Assembly: GCA_049324215.1 (NCBI GenBank)
Contig: JBMOLC010000040.1
Location: forward strand, 1 to 31,453
Direction: 5' to 3'
Origin: Patescibacteria group bacterium
GTDB lineage: Bacteria; Patescibacteriota; Microgenomatia; UBA8517
DNA: 31,453 nt
Both the position numbers and the translations under genes were made by a program. Of this stretch, positions 1-7,511 are shown piece after piece; within the stretch, counting starts at the first letter, position 1, and each line of letters begins with the position of its first letter. Below the pieces are notes generated by a model. That model saw nothing but the letters and a program-made list of their open reading frames with translations. It made no database searches and was not told the DNA's origin.

Positions 1-1
1 A

Positions 2-415
2 ACAGTAGCCTTCGGCTTAGGAAGTTTTGTGTTGCCCTTTAGTCTCCCATTTTTCAAATATAACCCCGAACCAGTATCACTTCCAACCCCCGATCCATGG
101 CGAGAAACTGGTTTTACGGGTACTTTGCAATATAGCTCCCAAACGGGGAAGTTCTATCTTCTTACCACTTCCTCAGAAGCCATCACTCTTGAGGTGCCAG
201 CCAACGTCAATCTGGAAAACTCTGTCGGTAAAAGAATCTTTGCTGCAGGAAGGTACAACAAAACAACCAGGATTCTCATTGTCTCAGACACCAAAGACCT
301 TGAAGTACTTCCAAAAAATCCGGTGCCGATCCCTACAACTTCAGCCTCACCCTCTCCAATATCCACCATTATTCCTTCCCCAGGGGCCAGCCCTTCGGCC
401 TCTCCAGAACAATAA
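2..415 (+). CDS. Hypothetical membrane-anchored protein with Pro/Ser/Thr-rich tail, 5'-partial
   Basis: Frame is open from base 2 (TVAFGLGSFVLPFSLPFF, hydrophobic), so the gene starts left of the window; ends in PIPTTSASPSPISTIIPSPGASPSASPEQ. Confidence 0.7.
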   Translation, partial: TVAFGLGSFVLPFSLPFFKYNPEPVSLPTPDPWRETGFTGTLQYSSQTGKFYLLTTSSEAITLEVPANVNLENSVGKRIFAAGRYNKTTRILIVSDTKDLEVLPKNPVPIPTTSASPSPISTIIPSPGASPSASPEQ

Positions 416-594
416 TCGCCTTTCTAAAATGCCAGTATTCGTTTTATTTCCCCAGATTGCTTTTTCTTCTTTTTTTGCGGCGGAGGGTGGAGACGAAAGC
501 CGCGTGATGAATTTACACAATAAGCCACCTAAACAAAATCAGGAACTGCCCTGATAATTTTCTTTACCAATCAATTGTACTTTCTTTTCTGAGA

Positions 595-1605
595 TCATGG
601 ATGATGGATTACAATACTGCCTGCTTCAATTGCATCTGTAGCATTTGCATCATCACTTTCACCCATCTGGTTATCGTAAATTACTTCGTTCGTGCTCTTA
701 TTCCAAATCTTAATTCTAAATCTGTCAACTCCTCCCCCACCGCCTATCTGACCATCAACAGCAGTCAACATGAAGGCATAATCTCCATTTCCATTGATTG
801 TACCTGATCCTTTATATTTTGCATTAGGACCTGCCACAACTAACCAATCATAACTAGTACTATGGAAGGTAAAGCTTGCTACCTTGAACTGAAACTCTGT
901 CTGACCAGTAGGAAGATTTGCCCCCTTTTGATATTTAGATACAAACCCAAAGTTAGCTTTACCTGTTAAGGTTGTATTGGTTACATAGGCTCCCGCAGGA
1001 GAATCAATCCAACCACCTCCCGTAACAAAACCTCCTTCTGGGTCATAGATAACCACAAATTGAAATACAGATTCACCAGATGCTCCATCATCATCGGTCA
1101 CAATAAGCTTAACTGTGTAGACGCCTGGTATTGTGTAAATATGGCTTCCGCTCGCACTTCCAGAGCCGTTGGTCTCTGTTACAGTTCCAGCTGAGGTACT
1201 TGAATCTCCCCAATCCCAGACTGCGGTATGAGTATCGGGTATGCCCACGTCGGTAAAGCTTGCGCTTGTAGTCAGGGATACATTTACTTGATTCGGGTCT
1301 GTCGGAGCGGTAATTGCTCCAACTACTGGCGCTACATTGACAATACTTACCACAGACTGAGCAGTGGCAGTAAGACCACCTTCGTCAGTCACTTGTACTG
1401 TAATTATCCTAGAACTCGGTCCATCAAGACCGGCGGCAGAGAAAATTACAGTTTGTCCTTGAGTTTCAAAACTTCCGTTATTATCCAAATCCCATGTATA
1501 TGTTAAAGACCCATTTTCAGGATCACTCCCAGTTGCCGTCACCTGCACAGACCCGCCTTCATCCACCTGATATGGTCCACCCCCATCGACGTTTGGTGGA
1601 CTGTT
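595..1605 (-). repeat. Paralogous block, copy 1 (PKD-PKD-C-terminal domain); partner 5392..6399
   Basis: Translations align without gaps from N(S/T)PP.V..GGPY.V.EGGS to the stop; DNA is diverged except for the 284-nt tract. Confidence 0.95.
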
Positions 1606-2655
1606 TGGAATCCTCGGTTGTATGGCGATACCCTGAGGAAGTTGTCCAACACCAATCGAAGATATTAATTGAAATGTTGAACTATCAAAGACCTCAACTT
1701 TATTTGTAATATAACGACTTGTATACACTTTTGAATCATCGGGGGTAACAGCAACACCCCAATAGTCAGTCGTTTCCCCTCTAAATCTTAAGTTTGACAC
1801 CGTCTGAACTTGTTTCGTGACAGTATTATATACCGACAAGACTGTAGTACCAGAAATATATGCTTTTGTACCATTAGAGTTTAACGATATATATAACGAC
1901 GAAGATTCCGGCACTGATATTTCACGGATCACAGTATTCGTCACATTATTTATTTCCCATAAACGACCACCATAAGTGCTTTCACCAACTACGTATGAAG
2001 TCTCTCCATTGGGGCTAACCGCCACCCCTCTTACACTCAGTCCAAGTGGAATGGGAATTGTAATAAGAAGTTGATTTATTAATGTATTCGAAGTAGTATC
2101 TATTGTAAAAAAATTAGCAAGTGGGTTATTCCTCGTATCTGTTTGGTCGGTAAAATAAACTCTCGAACCATCTGGGCTTACGGCGATTCCCCAGCCATTC
2201 GTACTTCCCGTATGAGTTGATATTGTAGCAATTTTCGATTTTGAGGCAACATCAATAACTTTAACCTCATCTCCATCAACAACATAAATACGCTGACTAT
2301 CCGGCGAAAAAGCTAAGTTTCTTCCACCTATTGCGAGATTGCTTACACTATCGTTTCGGGTGTCGATAATTGATATGCTAGTATCATTCCCCGAAGCGAT
2401 ATATCTTCCGTCGGGACTTGCTGCCATACCACCCCACCCCCCTCCTATATGCGGAAGAGTACCGACTGGAATAATACTACTAACTTCGTTTGTATCACTA
2501 TTGATTTTCGAGACTGTCCAATCACCTCTGTTCGCCACATAAACTGAAATTGTTTCAGAAGCTGCAATAACGTTTTCGGTTAAAATAGTAGCTAGAATTG
2601 GGTTAAGAAAGAGGAAGACAAGCAAAACAATAAAAAATATTTTTCTAATCACCAT
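595..2655 (-). CDS. Secreted YVTN-type beta-propeller protein with PKD-like domains and conserved C-terminal domain (putative adhesin A)
   Basis: Hydrophobic N-terminus MVIRKIFFIVLLVFLFL; repeats such as VYVAN..TVSKIN, AVSPDGSRVY, AVTPDDSKVY; PKD motifs YTWDLDNNG and WDWGDS..H.YT.PGVYTVKL.VTDDDG. Start moved from 2691 to ATG 2655 because TACAAT lies 6 nt upstream. Confidence 0.85.
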   Translation of the reverse strand: MVIRKIFFIVLLVFLFLNPILATILTENVIAASETISVYVANRGDWTVSKINSDTNEVSSIIPVGTLPHIGGGWGGMAASPDGRYIASGNDTSISIIDTRNDSVSNLAIGGRNLAFSPDSQRIYVVDGDEVKVIDVASKSKIATISTHTGSTNGWGIAVSPDGSRVYFTDQTDTRNNPLANFFTIDTTSNTLINQLLITIPIPLGLSVRGVAVSPNGETSYVVGESTYGGRLWEINNVTNTVIREISVPESSSLYISLNSNGTKAYISGTTVLSVYNTVTKQVQTVSNLRFRGETTDYWGVAVTPDDSKVYTSRYITNKVEVFDSSTFQLISSIGVGQLPQGIAIQPRIPNSPPNVDGGGPYQVDEGGSVQVTATGSDPENGSLTYTWDLDNNGSFETQGQTVIFSAAGLDGPSSRIITVQVTDEGGLTATAQSVVSIVNVAPVVGAITAPTDPNQVNVSLTTSASFTDVGIPDTHTAVWDWGDSSTSAGTVTETNGSGSASGSHIYTIPGVYTVKLIVTDDDGASGESVFQFVVIYDPEGGFVTGGGWIDSPAGAYVTNTTLTGKANFGFVSKYQKGANLPTGQTEFQFKVASFTFHSTSYDWLVVAGPNAKYKGSGTINGNGDYAFMLTAVDGQIGGGGGVDRFRIKIWNKSTNEVIYDNQMGESDDANATDAIEAGSIVIHHP
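620..903. repeat. 284-nt perfect direct repeat, copy 1; partner 5414..5697
   Basis: Base-by-base reading found no mismatch; first flanking mismatches are g619/a5413 and a904/g5698. Confidence 0.93.
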
Positions 2656-2661
2656 GGATCC

Positions 2662-2691
2662 ATTGTAGAATACCTGTCTCTTTATTGCCAA
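2662..2691 (-). promoter_or_regulatory. Putative sigma70 promoter of adhesin A (leaderless)
   Basis: TTGGCA (2691-2686), 18-nt spacer, TACAAT (2667-2662), 6 nt, ATG 2655. Confidence 0.55.
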
Positions 2692-2703
2692 ACAGGAATT
2701 CCG

Positions 2704-4422
2704 CTATTGGTTTTTGATCTGATTTAACTTTTGAACTACCTCAACGTTGTTGGGACTGATAGTTAACGCCCTAGTCCACATCAATTCTGCATTTTCGTAA
2801 TCACCCTTAAGAAAAAAAACATCGCCCATTTGGGAGTAAACCTTCCAAGAATTGGGTAATATGCTCGATAAGCGATATAGGTATCCTAGTGCTTTGTTAT
2901 AATCTTTTCGACCTGCATAAATAGAGGCTAATTCTGTGTAAGCAGTAACAAAGTTTTTATTGGCTGCAATCTCAAAATACTTAATAGCGTTCTCATAATC
3001 CTTGTTATTCTTATAAAGTAGTCCAAGGTTAAAATAAGCGTTTGGCGGAAACGGGTTAAGAGTAATCGAGGTGTTAAACTCTCGAACGGCTTCCTCAGTG
3101 TTGCCCAAGGTTACATATTCGACTCCCAATTCAAGGTGGATTTTGTAATTAGAAGGATCATATTTTAAAATTTGCTTAAAAAAAGTTATCGGATTACCCC
3201 ACATGAAGTTTCTTTTTATTGATAATAATGAGAGGAAGACCAGATATATTATAAGCAAAGATATTAACGCCTTTTTAAAAAAGCCATTTTCCAGAAAATT
3301 GAAAAGTTCCCCAAATAAAGACGCACAGGCGATAAAAAATCCTATTAAGCCTAAATAAAGCCATCTTAAACCAATAATAAAATTAAGAGGGATGAATATA
3401 TTGCTGACAGGAATAAGAGAAATTAAGAACCACGTAAGGCCGAAAGAAATAATTCTTTTCTTTTTCCAGAACTTTATTATTGTGAACAAGAAAAGAGACA
3501 ATATGACTGCAGAAATTAAAACGCGTGGGTCACTTATCGAATCGTCCAAAATGGTCTCTGTTCGATAGTGAAGATCTAAAGGGAAAATTAATGTCTCTAC
3601 ATACACATAAAATGCTTTCAGAAACATAACAGACCTTGAAAGAATGGAGCTTTTGTAAATATCTGCGTTACCCGAAACTGTTAGCCAATTCTTCGAATTT
3701 ATCAGCTGTATAAATCCATAAGTAAAAGTTATTAGAAAGTAGGGGAGGGTGATAAATAAGAATCTCTTGGTTGAGATTTTGGATATTTTCTCTTCTAGAA
3801 AGCTGAAGAAAAAAAGTGACACCAATACGGGAAAGATTATTGCGGTTTCTTTTGATAATAAACCTCCAGTAAAAGAAATGATAGAAAATGCGTAAAATCT
3901 ATTTTTTTTATTTTTCTCTTTACTGACATAAGACTTTTCCAAAAACCAAATAGATAATAACAGAGATAAGACTAGGAAAAGATCTCCTCTTCCCGAAATG
4001 TAAGAAACGGCCTCTGTCTGTATCGGGTGAATAATAAAAAACAAAGATGCTAAAAAACAAATAAATTTATTTGGGGTTAGTCTCTGTCCAATCTTGTAAA
4101 CTAAGACCCCCGAAGTAATATGAATTAAGAGATTTATTAAATGAAAACCAAATGGGTTCAATCCCCAAAAATGATAGTCCAGCGAATAAGATATAAGAAG
4201 AAGTGGTCTATACCAACCAATTAACAAATTACTTCCGACAGGTCCCTTAATAGAAAAGAATTGCGAAAAATTCCAAGTCTTTATAAGAGGATTGTCAACA
4301 ATGATAATGTAGTCATCCCATATAAAAGGGTTCCATAAACTATTAAGGTAAAGAACGAAACCAATACATATAATTAAAATTATGTACTTACGATCGGTGA
4401 TTCTTCTAACAAATTCTCCCAT
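2704..4422 (-). CDS. TMTC-like GT-C membrane glycosyltransferase with C-terminal TPRs (copy 1)
   Basis: WDD..IIVDN loop, YRPL, HPIQTEAV, SKET motifs, many TM helices, TPR region (AYFNLGLLY, VYSQMGDVF..KGDYENA). Confidence 0.8.
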   Translation of the reverse strand: MGEFVRRITDRKYIILIICIGFVLYLNSLWNPFIWDDYIIIVDNPLIKTWNFSQFFSIKGPVGSNLLIGWYRPLLLISYSLDYHFWGLNPFGFHLINLLIHITSGVLVYKIGQRLTPNKFICFLASLFFIIHPIQTEAVSYISGRGDLFLVLSLLLSIWFLEKSYVSKEKNKKNRFYAFSIISFTGGLLSKETAIIFPVLVSLFFFSFLEEKISKISTKRFLFITLPYFLITFTYGFIQLINSKNWLTVSGNADIYKSSILSRSVMFLKAFYVYVETLIFPLDLHYRTETILDDSISDPRVLISAVILSLFLFTIIKFWKKKRIISFGLTWFLISLIPVSNIFIPLNFIIGLRWLYLGLIGFFIACASLFGELFNFLENGFFKKALISLLIIYLVFLSLLSIKRNFMWGNPITFFKQILKYDPSNYKIHLELGVEYVTLGNTEEAVREFNTSITLNPFPPNAYFNLGLLYKNNKDYENAIKYFEIAANKNFVTAYTELASIYAGRKDYNKALGYLYRLSSILPNSWKVYSQMGDVFFLKGDYENAELMWTRALTISPNNVEVVQKLNQIKNQ

Positions 4423-4430
4423 TATGTGGA

Positions 4431-4436
4431 ATTATA
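4431..4436 (-). promoter_or_regulatory. -10 box upstream of GT-C copy 1
   Basis: TATAAT 8 nt before ATG 4422. Confidence 0.5.
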
Positions 4437-4580
4437 TAGATTTTGAAGAAAAACTCTAAACTTAGCAAATAATAGCACGCTGGAAGTTAAGGTGTCATAC
4501 CTAAAAGTAAAGTTATCAAAAAGGCTTTTGAAAAATATGCGAAAGGATCAGACCAATCTGCAAATTCTTATTAACTCCCT

Positions 4581-5228
4581 CTAAAAAGCTTCCAAAGGTA
4601 GGCTTCTACAAAGTTTGTAAATGGTTATCACTAGTACGGCGGTGGTTGCTAGCCACCAAAACCAAGCAAAGGGTGGGGTTAGAGAGTCTGTCCCTACAAA
4701 ACGACTGTGGATACCGATCAAAATAAATGTCAAATAATTCAAGATGTGGAATTTTCTCCAGTGGACCCTCAACCAACTCGATGTCCGAAACTTTGCTGCA
4801 ACAACTGCCAAGGTAACTAGCCAAAAAGAAACTCTACCCAACGTATAAAGTGGTTCTTGTCTATTGGAGCAGAGAACACAAAAGTCTGTAAAAACATAAA
4901 AGGGGTCGAAACCTTTACCCACCTTGAAATTAAAAAGCACAAAGAGAAAAGGATGAAGGATTATTAACGCATAGGCGACTGCCCCTTCGGTTACGTGGAA
5001 TTTGAATACCCAGGCACCCAGTTTTTCTATCCATTTGTCCATAAAAGCCCCGAAAATTATCTGCCAAAAAAGTAGGGTGAAAGCCAAAAGGCCGGCTATT
5101 CTTTGGAGGACGTTAAGGGTAGCGTTTGCTTTTATGAAGGCAAGGCTTAGGGGTGTTACCTTAAAAACCGTTAGAGGAATAACTAGCAGAGAAACTGTCC
5201 AGATCAAAAAGAAGAGAACTTTTTTCAT
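4581..5228 (-). CDS. Ferric reductase-like (MsrQ-like) transmembrane heme protein
   Basis: About six TM segments with four His in heme-ligand context (FKFH, ILHP, WRKFHILNY, GIHS). ORF-track start 5270 overlaps the tRNA, so start set at MKK (5228). Confidence 0.75.
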   Translation of the reverse strand: MKKVLFFLIWTVSLLVIPLTVFKVTPLSLAFIKANATLNVLQRIAGLLAFTLLFWQIIFGAFMDKWIEKLGAWVFKFHVTEGAVAYALIILHPFLFVLFNFKVGKGFDPFYVFTDFCVLCSNRQEPLYTLGRVSFWLVTLAVVAAKFRTSSWLRVHWRKFHILNYLTFILIGIHSRFVGTDSLTPPFAWFWWLATTAVLVITIYKLCRSLPLEAF

Positions 5229-5234
5229 CTTGTG

Positions 5235-5308
5235 TGGTCGCGCCAGGGATCGAACCTGGGACCTTCGCAATGTGAATGCGACGCTCTAACCAGCTGAGCT
5301 ACGCGACC
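5235..5308 (-). tRNA. tRNA-Val(CAC), CCA not encoded
   Basis: Acceptor GGTCGCG/CGCGACC plus discriminator A; D arm TAGCTCAGCTGGTTAGAGC; anticodon arm TCGCA-TTCACAT-TGCGA; T arm CCAGG-TTCGATC-CCTGG. Confidence 0.97.
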
Positions 5309-5321
5309 CGGTTGAATAGAT

Positions 5322-5330
5322 ATTATAACA
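5322..5330 (-). promoter_or_regulatory. Extended -10 promoter of tRNA-Val
   Basis: TGtTATAAT ending 13 nt before the mature tRNA 5' end. Confidence 0.7.
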
Positions 5331-5391
5331 TCTTGTCTTTTTTCACTTACAGTGAAGTTTGTTATCAAAACAACTGAAGAGAATTTTAAAA

Positions 5392-6399
5392 TTATTGGTG
5401 AATTACAATGCTACCTGCTTCAATTGCATCTGTAGCATTTGCATCATCACTTTCACCCATCTGGTTATCGTAAATTACTTCGTTCGTGCTCTTATTCCAA
5501 ATCTTAATTCTAAATCTGTCAACTCCTCCCCCACCGCCTATCTGACCATCAACAGCAGTCAACATGAAGGCATAATCTCCATTTCCATTGATTGTACCTG
5601 ATCCTTTATATTTTGCATTAGGACCTGCCACAACTAACCAATCATAACTAGTACTATGGAAGGTAAAGCTTGCTACCTTGAACTGAAACTCTGTCTGGCC
5701 AGTAGGAACGTTTGCTCCATGTTGATATTTAGATATAAACCCAAAGTTGGCTCTACCTGTAAGCGAGGGGTCGGAAGCATAGGCTCCGATTGGTGAATCT
5801 ATCCAGCCACCTCCCGTAACAAAGCCTCTATTAGGATCATAAACAACCACAAACTGGAACACGGATTCACCTGAACCTCCATCGTCGTCGACCACTGTAA
5901 GCCTAACTGTATAGACACCCGGTGCTGTGTATGCATGGTTCCCAGCTACACTTCCTGAGCCATTTATTTCTGTTACGGTTCCTATAGAGCTGGTCGTATC
6001 TCCCCAGTCCCAAACTGCGGTATGGGTATCTGGAGTGCTAGGATCAGTGAAGTTAGCGCTAGTATTGATAGACATGTTTACTTGATCAGGATCAACGGGG
6101 GCAGTAATTGCTCCAACTATGGGCGCTACATTAACCACATTAACTGTTGCCTGAGCAGAAGCAGTAAGACTACCTTCGTCGGTAACCTGTACCGCAATTG
6201 TTCGGGAACTTGGACCGTCAAGGCCGGCTGCCGAGAATGTTGCGGTTTGACCGGCTGTTTCAAAACTACCATTATTGTCCAAATCCCAAGCATAGCTAAG
6301 AGGTCCATTCTCCGGATCATTTCCTGCTGCAGTTACCTGCGTCGAACCGCCTTCGTTTACGTTGTACGGCCCCCCAGCGCTAACTGTTGGGGGTGTATT
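5392..6399 (-). repeat. Paralogous block, copy 2
   Basis: Collinear with 595..1605 in translation; one codon shorter at the C-terminus. Confidence 0.95.
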
Positions 6400-7404
6400 T
6401 AGAGATTCCCCAATTGCAAAAGGCGATAGCGTCGGGGATAAACCGGTTATTATGTTGTTCACCGTATCTACTGAAACTGTGATATTCTGCCAAGTCGTAC
6501 CATCCCAATGAAAAAGCTTTAAATTCGATTCTTTCCCTTTTACGTCTGCATCGTTGTATGTAAAACTAACGGTGACCGGGCCTGTGTAGGTTGCAGTAGT
6601 AGTTAACTCATAATAAGTGCCTAAAAACCTGTACTGGGAAGGTGGCTGTCCACCTTGAGGGTTGGTGGTTGTAGTCACAGTCATGAATCCAGGCGTGGTC
6701 ACTTCTGGAAAAGTAACCGCAATTCCGGCTAATGAAACAGTCACATTTTGCCCACTTGGTACGCTCACCGAAGTAGTCGATAAATCTATAACTTGTCCCG
6801 CAACAACTGCAATAGACAAAATTCCCATGTTTAAGTAATCTCCGGTTACCATATGTACACGATAATTTCCGGGAAGAAGAGGTATGCTAAACGTGCCATC
6901 TCCGTTAAGGTAGTAGAAAGGGTTGCCGGCAAAAGAACACGGATCTGTTTCCAATGGGCCGCAGATTTCAACAATTCCCCAGCTGGGTACTCCATTAATC
7001 TTGATATTTCCCTTAACCAAGCCAGTTGCTTCCGATACGTCGAAATTGAAATTACTAACTGTTTGTCCTTCTGTTATGGTCACTGTTTGGCTACCAAGGA
7101 CAAAACTTGGTCCACCCTGCGGGTTAGTTGATGCAGTAACGGTGTAAGTATCAGGGGGGAGCGTAAATCCGGTATTAAAATCCACACCAACAATCTGCTT
7201 GTTAAAGCCGGTCGTATTGCCATGGAAATCAACCTTTACGTACTGGGTAAACTGTCCATACCAATATTCTGTCCCCCAAGTGACCGTGCCCGAGATCGAA
7301 CCTAGATCACCTGAAAATTGAGCATGTGCCGGGTTTGAAAAAAGAAGGCTAATCAGAAACAGGAAGGTGATTAATGCTAAACTCTTGATTATTCTCAACA
7401 ACAT
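5392..7404 (-). CDS. Secreted beta-sandwich/PKD domain protein with conserved C-terminal domain (putative adhesin B)
   Basis: Signal peptide MLLRIIKSLALITFLFLISLLFSNPAHA/Q; Thr/Gly-rich beta domains (GSISGTVT, YTVTAS, domain ending LSPFAI); same PKD and C-terminal block as 595..1605. Start moved from 7446 to ATG 7404. Confidence 0.85.
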   Translation of the reverse strand: MLLRIIKSLALITFLFLISLLFSNPAHAQFSGDLGSISGTVTWGTEYWYGQFTQYVKVDFHGNTTGFNKQIVGVDFNTGFTLPPDTYTVTASTNPQGGPSFVLGSQTVTITEGQTVSNFNFDVSEATGLVKGNIKINGVPSWGIVEICGPLETDPCSFAGNPFYYLNGDGTFSIPLLPGNYRVHMVTGDYLNMGILSIAVVAGQVIDLSTTSVSVPSGQNVTVSLAGIAVTFPEVTTPGFMTVTTTTNPQGGQPPSQYRFLGTYYELTTTATYTGPVTVSFTYNDADVKGKESNLKLFHWDGTTWQNITVSVDTVNNIITGLSPTLSPFAIGESLNTPPTVSAGGPYNVNEGGSTQVTAAGNDPENGPLSYAWDLDNNGSFETAGQTATFSAAGLDGPSSRTIAVQVTDEGSLTASAQATVNVVNVAPIVGAITAPVDPDQVNMSINTSANFTDPSTPDTHTAVWDWGDTTSSIGTVTEINGSGSVAGNHAYTAPGVYTVRLTVVDDDGGSGESVFQFVVVYDPNRGFVTGGGWIDSPIGAYASDPSLTGRANFGFISKYQHGANVPTGQTEFQFKVASFTFHSTSYDWLVVAGPNAKYKGSGTINGNGDYAFMLTAVDGQIGGGGGVDRFRIKIWNKSTNEVIYDNQMGESDDANATDAIEAGSIVIHQ
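5414..5697. repeat. 284-nt perfect direct repeat, copy 2
   Basis: Identical to 620..903 by direct reading. Confidence 0.93.
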
Positions 7405-7511
7405 AACGTGTAAATTATTACTATTCCTTATTGCTCTATTTGTCAAGACTTATCAACATTGATTTCCTTAAATTTGTTTCCTCAAAAAATCAATTGATTC
7501 TGCCTTTAATA

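Noticed and set aside
477-503. GCGGC...GCCGC hairpin beside a T-run
   Set aside because: Only 5 bp with a 17-nt loop, and the T-run lies on the wrong side for a terminator on either strand.
27-554. 175-aa ORF overlapping the first gene
   Set aside because: Alternative frame with no recognisable features; the 2..415 frame has the coherent TM plus PST-tail layout.
601-807. Near-identical short plus-strand ORFs 601..807 and 5359..5601
   Set aside because: Antisense shadows of the duplicated PKD-gene tract, not a gene family.
5229-5270. ORF-track N-terminal extension MRRSQVRSLARPHK
   Set aside because: It is read through the tRNA-Val T arm and acceptor stem.
620-5697. Diversity-generating retroelement TR/VR pair
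   Set aside because: The tract has no mismatches, flanking differences are mostly synonymous, both copies are coding, and no reverse transcriptase is in the window.
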